A stretch of DNA of 64,000 nucleotides, from positions 2,544,001-2,608,000 of the forward strand of contig CM075999.1 in NCBI GenBank assembly GCA_038087875.1, read 5' to 3'. Source of the DNA: Malacoraja senta. Lineage: Eukaryota. Shown here piece after piece: positions 1-12,308 of the stretch. The notes under the pieces were generated by a model. It was not told where the DNA came from, searched no databases, and was given only the letters and a program-made list of their open reading frames with translations. A program made the position numbers and the translations under genes. Numbering within the stretch: the first letter of the stretch is position 1; the number at the start of each line of letters is the position of its first letter.

Positions 1-199
1 CCTTTCACTCATTTGTTCTTTCATAAATTCACAGGGTTCTAGGCCATTCGGCCCATCAAGTCTACTCTGCCATTCAAACATGGCTGATCTATCTTTCCCT
101 CTCAACCCCATTCTCCTGCCTTCTCCCCATAACCCCTGACACCCGCACTAATCAAGAATCTATCTATCCCTGCTTTAAAAATATCCACTGACTTGGCCT

Positions 200-885
200 T
201 AGAAAGTAAGCATGCAGGTACAGCAGGCAGTGAAGAAAGCGAATGGCATGTTGGCCTTTATAACAAGAGGAATCGAATATAGGAGCAAAGAGGTCCTTCT
301 GCAGTTGTACAGAGCCCACACCTGGAGTATTGTGTGCAGTTTTTGGGTCCCCTAATTTTGAGGAAGGCCATTCTTGCTATTGAGGGAGTGCAGCGTAGGT
401 TTACAAGGTTAATTCCCGGGATGGCGGGACTGTCATATGCTGAGAGAATGGAGCAGCTGGGCTTGTACACTCTGGAGTTTAGAAGGATGAGAGGGCATCT
501 CATTGAAACATATAAGATTGTTAAGGGCTTTGACACTAGAGGCAGGAAACAATGTTCCCCGATGTTGGGGGAGTCCAGAACCAGGGGCCACAGTTTAAGA
601 ATAAGGAGTAAGCCATTTAGAATGGAGATGAGGAAACACTTTTCTCACAGAGAGTGGTGAGTCTGTGGAATTCTCTGCCTCAGAGGGCGGTGGAGGCAGG
701 TTCTCTGGATGCTTTCAGGAGAGAGCTAGATAGCGCTCTTAAAAATAGCGGAGTCAGGGGATATGGGGAGAAGGCAGGAATGGGGGTACTGATTGGGGAT
801 GTTCAGCCATGATCACATTGAATGGCGGTGCTGGCTTGAAGGGCCGAATGGGCCTACTCCTGCACCTATTGTCTATTGTCTATTG
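200..885 (+). mobile_element. CR1/HER1 LINE, 5'-truncated 3' end (RT C-terminus + 3' UTR, (TATTGTC)n tail), nested in an antisense CR1 of another subfamily (ca. 40-199 / 886-1060)
   Basis: Translates to IEGVQRRFTRLIPGMAGLSYAERMEQLGLYTLEFRRMRGHLIETYKIVKG...TRGHSLRI (CR1 ORF2 C-terminus) with frameshifts; ends CCTGCACCTATTGTCTATTGTCTATTG; host CR1 resumes at CCTCCACC. Confidence 0.92.
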
Positions 886-1892
886 CCTCCACCACCATCT
901 GTGGCAATGAATTCCACAGATTCACCACCCTCTGAATAATAAATTCCTTTTCATCTCCTTTATAAAGGTACGTCCTTTTATTCTGAGGCTGTGCCCTCTG
1001 GTCCTAGACTCTCCCACTGGTGGAAAACATCCTCTCCACATCCACTCTATCCAGGCCTTTGTACCTTTCCATACCTCTAGTTTCTCTCTCCCCCTGACTC
1101 TCAGTCTGGTGAAGGGGTCTCGACCCGAAACGTCACCCATTCCTTCTCTTCAGAGATGCTGCCAGACCCGCTGAGTTGCTCCAGCACTCTGTGTCTTTTT
1201 TAATCAGATCATTTACCCCAACTGGTTTATGCAGGCGTTATTGCTCCACAAAGACTCCCCTTCACCCAATCTCATTGAGCTTTGTGTAATACTTTAACAG
1301 AACAGTACAGAGCAGGAACAGGTACTTTGGCCCGTAATGGTCTGTGCCACACATGCTGGCAAGGTTAAAACTAATCCCTTCTTCCCATTACCCACGAGGC
1401 AGGCACTGATTACACACCACTAATTACTTAGAGATAATGATGGGATTTCATCTGCAATTGCTGCACTTTATAAAATAGACAATAGACAATAGGTGCAGGA
1501 GTAGGCCATTCGGCCCTTCGAGCCAGCACCGCCATTCAACGTGATCATGGCTGATCATCCCCAATCAGTACCCCGTTCCTGCCTACTCCCCATATCCCCT
1601 GACTACGATATCTTTAAGAGCCTTATCTAGCTCTTTAAGAGCCCTATCTAGCTTTTTATTAAAAGGACGTTCTTTTAGGAAGGAGATGAGGAGGAATAGC
1701 TTTAGTCAGAGGGTGGTGAATCTGTGGAATTCTTTGCCACAGAAGACCAAGTCAGTGGAGAGTTTGTAAGGCAGAGATAGATTCTTGATTAGTGCGGGTG
1801 TCTGGGGTTATGGGGAGAAGGCAGGAGAATGGGGTTAGGAGGGAGAGATGGATCAGCCGTGATTGAATGGCGGAGTAGACTTGATGGGCCGA

Positions 1893-2192
1893 ATGGCGCA
1901 GCTGTAGAATTGCTACCTTCCAGCGCCAAGACCCGGGTTCGATCCTGACTACGGGTGCTGTCTGTACGGAGTTTGTACGTTCTCCCCGTGACCTGCGTGG
2001 GTTTTCAGTTTCCGGGAAGCTTCAGTTTCCTCCCACACTCCGAAGACGTACAGGTTTGTAGGTTAATTGGCTTAACAAAATTGTAACTTGTCCCTAGTGT
2101 GTGTGGGATAGTGTTTGTGCGGGGATCGCTGGTCGGCGCGGACTTGGTGGGTCGAAGGGCCTGTATCTGCGCTGTATCTCTAAACTAAACTA
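1893..2192 (+). mobile_element. tRNA-derived V-SINE (HE1-like)
   Basis: A box TGGCGCAGC.., B box GGTTCGATCC, V-domain GGAGTTTGTACGTTCTCCCCGTG..TTTCCTCCCACACTCC, CR1-like tail GAAGGGCCTG.. and (TAAAC)n. Confidence 0.9.
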
Positions 2193-2463
2193 TACTACTA
2201 CTGCGCCACCGTGCCTCCCGTAAAATGCATAACATCCAGGACTACGCCACTAACATGCTTAACTTCACATTTCATCATAATGTCTGAATCCTCCCATCTT
2301 TTCCGCAGCCATCTATATCCCTTCTCTGAATCTTTGTACTTCACATCTTATTTAATCATCCCAGAGACGTGCGGGTTTGTTGGTTAATCGGCCCTCTGTA
2401 AATTACCTCTAGTGTGTAGGGAGCGGATGAGAGCGTGCAAGTACAAAGAACTAGTGTGAATAC

Positions 2464-2584
2464 TAGTCTGAAGAAGGGTCTCGACCCTATTCCTTCGCTC
2501 CATAGATGCTGCCTCACCTGCTGAGTTTGTCCAGCAATTTTGTCTACCGTTGATTTTTCCAGCATCTGCAGTTCTTTCTTAAAC
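2464..2584 (+). mobile_element. Minimal Penelope-like 3'-end insertion (hammerhead remnant + tail) inside a V-SINE, 11-bp TSD
   Basis: AGTGTGAATAC at 2453-2463 and 2585-2595 flanks TAGTCTGAAGAAGGGTCTCGACCC...CAGCATCTGCAGTTCTTTCTTAAAC. Confidence 0.85.
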
Positions 2585-2772
2585 AGTGTGAATACGCAAT
2601 CGCTGGTCGGTGCGGACTCAGTGAACCGACGGGCCTGACTCCACTAAAACTAAACTAAACTAAAACTAAACTAAACTAAAACTAAACTAATACTATCTAC
2701 CCCAGGTAAAACTGTTGTCACAAACAACTTGTTCATTAAAAGAAATACACAAATGGATCTAAATAATGGGCA

Positions 2773-3160
2773 CTCAACTTCCCCCCCCCATTCCGAATCC
2801 GACCTTTCTGTCCTGGGCCTCCTCCATGGCCAGAGTGGGTCCCACCGTAAATTGGAGGAGCAGCGCCTCATATTTTGCTCGGGTAGTTTACACCCCAGCG
2901 GTATGAACATTGACTTCTCCAATTTCAGGTAGTCCTTGCTTTCTCCCTCCTTCCCCTCCCCATCCCAGCTCTCCCACAGCCCACTGTCTCCGCCTCTTCC
3001 TTTCTTCTTCCCGCCTCCCCCATCCCCTCATCAGTCTGAAGAAGGGTCTCGACCCGAAACGTCACCCATTCCTTCGCTTCATAGATGCTGCCTCGCCCGC
3101 TGAGTTTCTCCAGCATTTTTGTCTACCTTCCATTGTTCCAGCATCTGCAGTTCCTTCTCA
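2773..3160 (+). mobile_element. Penelope-like element 3' fragment (end of GIY-YIG domain, 3' UTR, hammerhead motif at 3036-3063)
   Basis: HSESDLSVLGLLHGQSGSHRKLEEQRLIF.SGSLHPSGMNIDFSNFR*, then CTGAAGAAGGGTCTCGACCCGAAACGTC and conserved tail. Confidence 0.88.
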
Positions 3161-3631
3161 AACACAGCGGCACACATCAACTGTTCTCTCTTCCTTTATA
3201 CTTCTAAGCTTATTCACAATGAACTTAAGTAAACAGGATTTCCCGTTGATAGAACTAATTAAATCGTGCTTTTCCAATATTCTTCTATAACTTCCTTAAT
3301 GATGGATCCGTATATTGTCCAGACCACTGACTTTTGGCCAACGGGTCGGAAATTTCCTGTTTGCTCTTTATTTAAATAAAAGTCTGCAGGATATATGACT
3401 GTGGGAAACTTTACAGATTCTGTCCAATGTTTTGCTTAGTTTAGAGATACATCGGGGGAAACAGGTCCTTCGGCCCACCGAGTCCGTGCCGAACAGCGAT
3501 CCCCGCACATTATCCCTATCCTACACGCACCAGGGATATTTTACATTTGTACCAAGCCAATTAACCGGAAAACCTGCAGGCATTTGGAGTGTGGAAGGAA
3601 GCCGAGGATCTTGTTTATTTATTGTGTGTAC

Positions 3632-3633
<2 letters not shown>

Positions 3634-3679
<46 letters not shown>

Positions 3680-3860
3680 CTTTATTGATCCCCTCAGGGA
3701 AATTCAGATGTCCAAGAGCCAACAACCAACAAACCCACACATTCAGAACGAAAGCAGACAAAAAATACCTAAAGTACAATATGGACAATACCTGATAAAA
3801 TACTGCCCAACAACAACAACAACCAACGCACAAAAAACACACTAAAACACTAAGCAAGAC
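3634..3860 (-). mobile_element. 3' tail of a non-LTR/non-autonomous element with (ATT)n end
   Basis: Reverse complement reads GGACATCTGAATTTCCCTGAGGGGATCAATAAAGT-(ATT)n, the same tail as the element at 54958-55407. Confidence 0.65.
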
Positions 3861-5189
3861 TCGGAGCTACAAAGGACTTGCTGCCTCTCAGTTCGGCGCA
3901 TGTGCACGTGGTCTATGGTATATAGACACACTGAACTTTTATCTCCAGTTTTGTATTATGTTCACATATTCTGTTGTGCTGCAGCAAGCAAGCATGTCAA
4001 TGTCCTATCTGGGACACATGACAATAAAACACTCTTGACTTGACTCTTGATCTTGGAGAAAACCCACGCAGGTCACGGGGAGAACGTACAAACTCCGTAC
4101 AGACAGCACCCGTAGTCAGGATCGAACTCGGGTCTCCGGCGCTGTGAGGCAGCAACTCTGCGCCACCGTGCTGCCCAAGAGCCAATGGCTCCATTGACTT
4201 AGAGGACCCTCATCTAAAATCCCAGAATGCAGGCAAATTAGGGATTGGTCGAGTACAGCGCCTCATATTTCGTTTGGGTGCCATATAACCCAGCGGTATG
4301 AACATCGAAGATACCGTGGACACAAAATGCTTGAGTAACTCAGCGGGTCAGGCAACGTCTCTGGTGAAAAGGAACAGGTGATGTTTCGGCTCAAGACCCT
4401 TCTTCAGACTGAGAGTCCGGGGAAAGGGACATGAGAGATATAGATGGTGAAATAGAGAGATATAGAACAGATGAAAGAAAGATGTGCAAAAAACATAACG
4501 ATGATAAAGGAAATGGTCCATTGGCTGTAGGCTCGGATAACGAGTAATACAGACCATGGACATTGAATGAATGAATGAATGAATAAGTTTATTTTGGCCA
4601 AGTATTCACATACAAGGAATTTGCCTTGGTGCTCCACCCGCAAGTCACAACATGACATACAGTAAAATGAATTCTCTCATTTTAAGTAGCATCATCTCAT
4701 ATCCCCCCCCCACCCCATCCCCCCCCCCACCCCCACCGTCCACCCACCCTATTCCGTTCCCTCAGTCAGTGGAAAGACAATACATGATTACAATCGAGCC
4801 ATCCACAGTGTGCAGATACATGATAAATGTTGCTGCTTGAAAAGAGATTATAAGAGCGTAAAAAGTGTCAAGAGTGTTTTATTGTCACGTGTCCCGGATG
4901 GGAGAATGAAATTCTTACTTGCTGCAGCACAACAGAATATGTGAATATGTAAACATTGTACATAACGGGGGAAGAGAAAGAAAGTTGAATAAATAACAAA
5001 TATTGTGCAATAATAACATAGTCTTTTGCAGTTCAGAGCTCAGAGCTTATTTGTTGTTGTGTTTAATAGCCCGATGGCTGTGGGGAAGCAGCTATTCCTG
5101 AACCTGTGGGGAAGCAGCTATTCCTGAACCTGGACGTTACAGTTTTCAGGCTCCTGTGCTTTCTTCCCGCTGGCAGGGGGTGAAATGAG

Positions 5190-5608
5190 TGAATTTAGAA
5201 GATTGATGGGGGATCTTATAGAAATGTACAAAATTCTTAAGGGGTTGGACAGGCTAGATGCAGGAAGATCGTTCCCGATGTTGGGGAAGTCCAGGACAAG
5301 GGGTCACAGTTTAAGGATAAGGAGGAAGTCTTTTAGGACCGAGATGAGAATTTTTTTTTTCACACAGAGAGTGGTGAATCTGTGGAATTCTCTGCCATAG
5401 AAGGTAGTTGAGGCCAGTTCATTGGCTATATTTAAGAGGGAGTTAGATGTGGCCCTTGTGGCTAAAGGGATCAGGGGGTATGGAGAGAAGGCAGGTACAG
5501 GATACTGAGTTGGATGATCAGCCATGATCATCTTGAATGGCGGTGCAGGCTCGACGGGCCGAATGGCCTACTCCTGCACCTATTTTCTACGTTTCTATGT
5601 TTCTATGA
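5190..5608 (+). mobile_element. CR1 LINE 3' end, (TTTCTATG)n-tail subfamily
   Basis: EFRRLMGDLIEMYKILKGLDRLDAGRSFPMLGKSRTRGHSLRI; ends CCTATTTTCTACGTTTCTATGTTTCTATG. Confidence 0.9.
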
Positions 5609-6379
5609 GTGTGTGGCTTTGAATGATTTTGGCTGCCTGTTTTGAGGCAGCGACCACGATCGATCCCTTCGACGGTGGGGAGGTCAAAGCCAGTGATGGA
5701 CTGGGCAGTGGTCACAACATTTTGTACCACGCCATTGTAATGCGTGATTGCAGACCCACGCCTGTGGCCAGCACACAAAGAGGCGCCTGGGTAGGACAAC
5801 AAACTGTCTTTGTTTATTTCAAATCTAAATCTTCTTTCCGTTTGACAGCCGTACTTAGTATTCATTAATAAATTGTTAAGATGGTAAGGCGCATAATCCA
5901 ACCTATTATGGTGGATTTAGGTTGGCGAGTAATTAGGTTTCACCTGCAGTATGCGAGTCAAATGATGCGGTGGCGCAGAGGTAGAGTTGCTGCCTCACAG
6001 CGCCGGAGACCCGGGTTCCATCCTGACTATAGGAGGCCATAGGAGGTAGTTGAGGCAGATACCACAACAACATTTAAAAGACATTGGGACAAATACGTGG
6101 ATAAGAAAGGTTTAGAAGGATAATTGGAATTGGAATAAATTTATTAGCCAAGTATGTAAATATACAAGGCCAAAAACAGGCAGGTGGGACGAGTGCAGAT
6201 CTTGGTCAGCGTGGGTAAGTTGGGCCAAAGCGGCTGTTTCCATGCTGCGTGACTCCATGATTCCAACTAAGACCTTTCGGCCCAAGATTCCCTGGGCAGT
6301 CTGATAGCCCTCCTCTGAGAATGTACAGAATGGTGAAGGGTTTACTTAAAATATCAACCAATCCTTGAGTCTGAAGGAG

Positions 6380-7187
6380 GGCGGCACGGTGGCGCAGCGG
6401 TAGAGTTGCTGCCTCACAGCGCCAGAGACCCGGGTTCCATCCTGACTACGGGCGCTGTCCGTACGGAGTTTGTACGTTCTCGCCGTGACCCGCGTGGGTT
6501 TTCTCCGGGTGCTCCGGTTCCCTCCCGCACTCCAAAGACGTGCAGGTTTGTAGGTTGACACAAAAAAAGCTGGAGTAACTCAGCGGGACAGGCAGCATCT
6601 CTGGAGGGAAGGAATGGGTGACGTTGCGGGACAGGCAGCATCTCTGGAGAGAAGGAATGAGTGACGTTTCGACCCGAAACGTCACCCATTCCTTCCCTCC
6701 AGAGATGCTGCCTGTCCCGCTGAGTTACTCTGGTTTTTTTGTGTCTCTCTGTGTTCCTTGTGTTCCTTCCTGCAGGTTTGTAGGTTAATTAGCTCGGTAT
6801 ATCGCCCTATACCTGTTTATTTATTGTGTATATATGGTCTATGGTCTATAGACACACTAAACTTTTACCTTCCGTTTTGTATTATGTTTACATACCCTGT
6901 TGTGCTTCAGCAAGCAAGAATTTCATTGTCCTATCTGGGACACATGACAATAAAACACTCTTGACTTGACGACTCTATAACAGTGTGTGTGTGTGTGTGT
7001 AAACATAGAAAATAGGTGCAGGAGGAGGCCATTCTGCCCTTCGAGCCAGCACCGCCATTCATTGTGATCATGGCTGATCGCCCCCTATATAGAAACATAG
7101 AAAATATTGGATAGTGTTAGTGTGCGGGGATCGCTGGTCGGCGCGGATTCGGTGGGCCGAAGGGCCTGTTTCCGCGCTGCATCTCGA
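6380..7187 (+). mobile_element. V-SINE interrupted by a palindromic Penelope tail (ca. 6557-6740), a Rex1-type tail and a CR1 tail
   Basis: Full head GGGCGGCACGGTGGCGCAGCGGTAGAGTTGCTGCCTCACAGCGCC; body resumes at ca. 6771 and ca. 7109. Confidence 0.8.
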
Positions 7188-7883
7188 AAAGTCGACTAAT
7201 AATGCAGGAGGAGGTGCGAATTATCTAAGGGCTGTTCTGTTGGCAGGAATCTTTCCGGGCTGGTCTCCAGAACGTTGACAGCAGATGGACCAGGGAGATG
7301 GGACCCAGCTGTTACTGTGCCACTGACGGACTCCCGCAATGCATTTGCTCATTTACAATTTATCAGACGTTACTGTGACATCCGCCGAAGGCTGAACCAG
7401 CCAGGCACTTTGGAGAAGGAGATGAGGTATTTCTAGTGAGCCGTGCCAAAAACCTGCCTCCCGCCATCTGCTTTAACAGGCTCGCGAAGAGTAGATAATA
7501 AGTTATAAAGTGTCCCATGTTAATATGTTTATTATTGGCCTGCTTCGGGTACCATTGCACCTGACAGCAAGATACACCTGTGATTTGGCAGCTCCACAGT
7601 AAACCGTGCCAAATGACCTCGTTATGTTTTCACCGTTGAGATTTTGCGTTCTATGTGGGTCAGTGTTGTGCTCTCTCTCTCTCCCCCCCCCCCCAACAAA
7701 CAGCTCCCTTCACCACCAACAAAAACCCCACACTAACACTCATAGTAAAAGATTCACCCGTCTATATTGAGACCTGTGCCAACTTTATTCACAATGAGCT
7801 GTATAGGGTGGTCACGGTGGCGCAGCAGTAGAGTTGCTGCCTTACAGCGAATGCAGCGCCGGGGACCTGGGTTCGATCCCGAC

Positions 7884-8490
7884 CAAGTCAAGTCAAGTCA
7901 AGTGAGTTTATTGTCATGTGTCCCTGGTAGGACAATGAAATTCTTGCTTTGCTTGAGCACAACAGAACATAGTAGGCATTGACTACAAGGCATTCTATAA
8001 ATATATACACACATGGTCAATATACTGATAAAGTGCAAATAACAGTATTGGCTAATAAAGTTCAGTGTTATGTCCGAGCCAGGTTTAATAGCCTGATGGC
8101 TGTGGGGAAGTAGCTATTCCTGAACCTGGTCGTTGCAGTCTTCAGGCTCCTGTACCTTCTACCTGAAGGTAGTAGGGAGATGAGTGTGTGGCCAGGATGG
8201 TGTGGGTCCTTGATGATGCTGCCAGCCTTTTTGAGGCAGCGAATGTGGTAGATCCCCTCGATGGAAGGGAGGTCAGAGCCGATGATGGACTGGGCAGTGT
8301 TTACTACTTTTTGTAGTCTTTTCATCTCCAGGGCACTCAAGTTGCCGAACCAAGCCACGATGCAACCGGTCAGCATGCTCTCTACTGTGCACCTGTAGAA
8401 GTTAGAGAGAGTCCTCCTTGACAAACCGACTCTCCGTAATCTTCTCAGGAAGTAGAGGCGCTGATGTGCTTTCATAATAATGGCATCATT
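7884..8490 (-). mobile_element. Rex1/Babar-clade LINE 3' end inserted into a V-SINE (head 7807-7883, body 8500-8741)
   Basis: ORF KAHQRLYFLRRLRRVGLSRRTLSNFYRCTVESMLTGCIVAWFGN...HPGHTLISLLPSGRRYRSLKTATTRFRNSYFPTAIRLLN; tail CATGACAATAAAC-(TTGAC)n. Confidence 0.88.
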
Positions 8491-8814
8491 GTTCTCGGAC
8501 CACGGGTGCTGACTAAACGGAGTGTGCACGTTCTCCCCGTGACACGCGTAGGATTTCTCCAAGTTCTTCACTTTCCTCCCACACTCCAAAGACGTGCAGG
8601 TGTGTAGGTCAATTGGCTTGGTGTATGTGTAAATTGTCCCTAGTGTGTGTAGGATAGTGTTAGTGTGCGGGGATCGCTGGTCGGCGCGGACTCGGAGGGC
8701 CTGTTTCGGCGCTGTATCTTCAAAATAAACTAAACTAAACTCTAGTCAGATGTCCTGCAGGACAATGGTGTCCAGTTGGTAGACACAAGCTACTGGAGTA
8801 TCACAGCGGGATAG

Positions 8815-9160
8815 TGAACGGCCTGGTTAGAGTGGATGTGGAGAATATGTTTCCACGAGTCTCGGACCAGAGGTGAATTGAGGGGCGTTCATTTAGGAAG
8901 GAGATGAGGAGGAATTCCTTTAGTCAGAGGGTGGTGAGTCTGTGGAATTCATTGCCACAGATGGCGGTGGAGGCCAAGTCAATCAATATTTTTAAGGAAG
9001 AGATAGATAGATTCTTGATTAGTACGGGTGTCGGGGGTTTATGGGGAGAAGGCAGGAGAATGGGGTTGAGAGAGAAAGATAGATCAGCCATGATTGAATG
9101 GCGGAGTAGACTTGAGGGGCCGAAAGGTGTAATTCCGCTCCTAGAACCTATGAACTTATG
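8815..9160 (+). mobile_element. CR1 LINE 3' end (DRVDVERMFP subfamily)
   Basis: MRRNSFSQRVVSLWNSLPQMAVEAKS; 3' UTR GATCAGCCATGATTGAATGGCGGAGTAGAC. Confidence 0.85.
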
Positions 9161-9477
9161 ACAGGCAACATCTCTGGAGAGAAGGAATGGGTGACGCTTC
9201 TGGTCGAGACCCTTCTTCTGGTGCCCAGCTGGTGATTGCTTTGAAACATTTAGTTTATTGTCACGTGGTACAGAAGAAAGGTTTTATTTATTTTGTGTGC
9301 TAACAAGTCAGCGGAAAGACTATACATTGTTACAGTCGAGCCGTCCACAGTGTACAGATACAGGATAAAGGGAATAACGTTTAGTGCAAGGTAAAGTTCA
9401 GTAAAGTCCAATTAAAGATAGTCCGAGGGTCTTCAATAAGGTAGATGGTAGGTCAGGACCGCTGTCTATTTGGTGAT

Positions 9478-9812
9478 AGACAATAGACAACAGACAATAG
9501 GTGCAGGAGTAGGCCATTCAGCCCTTCGAGCCAGCACCGCCATTCAATGTGATCATGGCTGATCATCCCCAATCAGTACCCCGTTCCTGCCTTCTCCCCA
9601 TATCCCCTGACTCCACTATCTTTAAGAGCCCTATCTAGCTCTCTCTTGAAAGTATCCAGAGAACCGGCCTCCACCGCCCTCTGAGGCAGAGAATTCCACA
9701 GACTCACAACTCTCTGTGAGAAAAAGTGTTTCCTCAACTCCATTCAAAATAGCTTACCCCTTATTCTTAAACTGTGGCCCTTGGTTCTGGACTCTCCCAA
9801 CATCGGGAACAT
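9478..9812 (-). mobile_element. CR1 LINE 3' end, (TATTGTC)n tail
   Basis: Reverse complement of the tail seen at 200-885. Confidence 0.88.
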
Positions 9813-9987
9813 AGGATGATTCATTGCCTGATAATAGTGGCATATGAATGGGGCAACTGAAGCGTCCTCTCACCAGCTAGAGAGGGGTCCTGACCTCCCA
9901 TCTACCTCATTGGAGGCCTTTGCACTTTCTTTCATCCAACTTTATCTTGCACTAAACGCTGTTCCCTCTATCCTTCATCTGCACCGT

Positions 9988-10442
9988 ACAAGGGTGTTGC
10001 CAGGACTCGAGGGCCTGAGCTACAGGGAAAGGTTGAGCAGGCTTGGACCTTATTCCTTGGAGCCTAGGAGGATGACGAGTGGTCTTATAGAGGTGTACCA
10101 AATCATGAGAGGAATAGATCAGGTAGATGCACAGTCCTTTGCCTAGAGAAGGAGAATTGAGAACCAGAGGACATAGGCTTAGGTGAGGGGGGGGGGGGGG
10201 GGAGATTTAAGGGGTAACTTTTTTACACAAAGTGTGGTGGGTGTATGGAACAAGCTGCCAGAGGAGGTAGTTGAGCTAAGTCTATCACAACGCTGAAGAG
10301 ATATTTGGACAGGCACATGGATAGGATAGGTCTAGAGGGATCTGGGCTAAGGTTGGGACCAGTGTGATTTGGGCATGTTGATCAGCATGGGCAAGTTGGG
10401 CCGAATGGCCTGTTTCCTTGCTGTATGACCCTATGGCTCTAA
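9988..10442 (+). mobile_element. CR1 LINE 3' end (HER1-like, GGCCTGTTTCC..TATGACTCT tail)
   Basis: TRVLPGLEGLSYRERLSRLGPYSLEPRRM.GLIEVYQIMRGIDQVDAQS; tail shared with V-SINE 3' end. Confidence 0.87.
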
Positions 10443-10577
10443 GAGAGGAGATTCTTTTCATGTTCCAAACTGACCCTCAACAGATCTGCCCATTTTATTG
10501 GAGTAGGAAGGCGATGGGGAGGTGTTTAGGCAGGAACTGCAGGCGCTAGTTTCAACCAACGATAGACACAACATTTT

Positions 10578-10810
10578 AGGTAGACAAAAATGCTGGAGAA
10601 ACTCAGCGGGTGAGGCAGCATCTATGGAGCGAAGGAAATAGGCAACGTTTCGGGACGAAACCCTTCCGGGTTTCGGCCCGAAACGTTGCCTATTTCCAGA
10701 AGGGTTTCGGCCCGAAAGGTTGCCTATTTCCTTCGCTCCATAGATGCTGCCTCACCCGCTGAGTTTCTCCAGCATTTCTGTCTACCTTCCAGCATCTGCA
10801 GTTCCTTCTT
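10578..10810. mobile_element. Palindromic Penelope-derived mini-element
   Basis: Two inverted copies of the Penelope tail around a centre almost identical to that of 19794-20039. Confidence 0.82.
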
Positions 10811-10823
10811 AGACAAAATTATT

Positions 10824-11103
10824 TAGTTTAGTTTAGTTTCGAGATACAGAGCGGAAACAGTTCCCTTCGACCCACCGAGTCCGCGTCGACCAGCGATCCC
10901 CGCACACTAGCGCTATCCTACACACACTGGGGACAATTTACGTTTAAACCCAGCCAATTAACCTACAAACCTGCACGGCTTTGGAGTGTGGGAGGAAACC
11001 GAAGATCTCGGAGAAAACCCACGCGGGTCAGGGGGAGAACGTGCAAACTCCGTACTGACAGCGCCCGTGGTCAGGATCGAACCCGGGTCTCTGGCGCTGC
11101 GAG
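10824..11103 (-). mobile_element. V-SINE
   Basis: (GTTTA)n, reverse-complement tail, V-domain and B box GGATCGAACC. Confidence 0.9.
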
Positions 11104-11427
11104 GAAGGAACTGCTGATGCTGGTTTAAACTGAAGATAGACACAAAATGCTGGGGGAACTGATGGGGAGGGGAGGTTGGTTTCCTGCCTGTGTATTTCAT
11201 ACGGTTCACCAGGCACGTTGACACGATTCGATTGGGGAAGGTTTGGCACCGACCCAGCTTTGTTTCAGCACTGACATCATTAATGCCCACAACATGCCAC
11301 CTTGAGGGCGTGTTAGATGCTGCTCAAGAGGCTGAATGTAATGAGTCACAATAAAAATAAGCACTTGCGATCTACAATGCAATTTGGAGGCAGTTTGATG
11401 CATGGAGCTTCAAAATTAACTGTGTCA

Positions 11428-11973
11428 ATAGACAATAGAAAATAGACAATAGGTGCAGGAGTAGGCCATTCGGCCCTTTGAGCCAGCTACGCCATTTAAT
11501 GTGATCATGGCTGATCATCCCCAATCAGTACCCCGTTCCTGCCTTCTCCCCATATCCCCTGACTCCGCTATCTTTAAGAGCCCTATCTAGTTCTCTCTTG
11601 AAAGCATTCAGAGAACCGGCCTCCACCGCCCTCTGAGGCAGAGAATTCCACAGACTCACAACTCTCTGTGTGAAAAAGTGTTTCCTCGTCTCCGTTCTAA
11701 ATGGCTTACCCCTTATTCTTAAACTGTGGCCCCTGGTTCTGGACTCCCCCAACATCGGGAACATGTTTCCTGCCTCTAGCGTGTCCAAACCCTTAACAAT
11801 CTTATATGTTTCAATAAGATGCCCTCTCATCCTTCTAAACTCCAGTGTACAAGCCCAGCCGCTCCATTCTCTCAGCATATGGCAGTCCCGCCATCCCGGG
11901 AATTCACCTTGTAAACCTACGCTGCACTCCCTCAATGGCAAGAATGTCCTTCCTCAAATTAGGGGACCAGGTC
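11428..11973 (-). mobile_element. CR1 LINE 3' end, (TATTGTC)n tail
   Basis: LEFRRMRGHLIETYKIVKGLDTLEAGNMFPMLGESRTRGHSLRIRGKPFRTETRKHFFTQRVVSLWNSLPQ on - strand. Confidence 0.92.
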
Positions 11974-12015
11974 TAAGTTTCAGACAAAGTGTCTTTTCAC
12001 TTCATTGTAGAACAT

Positions 12016-12308
12016 ACGCGTGTGTACGTCTGTGTGTATCTGTGCCTGCGTGTGCATGTGTGTGTGTGTGCGTGCGTGTGTGCACATTTATGCATGTGTG
12101 TGTGTGTGCGTGCGTGTGTGTGCGCAAGTGTGCTTATGTGTGCATGTGCATGTGCGCGTGCGTTTGTGCTTATGTGTGTGCGTGTGCATTTACGTGTGTG
12201 CCTGCATGTGTGTGCGCACGTGTGCTTATGTGTGCAAGTGCGTGTGCACGTGCACATGCGTGTGGGTTTGTGCGCGTGCGCCTGTGTGCGTGCGTGCGTG
12301 TGTGTGTC
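12016..12308. repeat. Imperfect (TG/CG/CA)n purine-pyrimidine microsatellite
   Basis: Directly visible alternating tract of ca. 290 bp. Confidence 0.95.

Noticed and set aside
6380..6455. tRNA gene
   Set aside because: A/B boxes belong to V-SINE heads followed by the V-domain; no complete cloverleaf.
10641..10740. Functional tandem hammerheads at the palindrome centre
   Set aside because: The modules keep stem II and GAAAC but lack the CUGAnGA box, so they are probably inactive.
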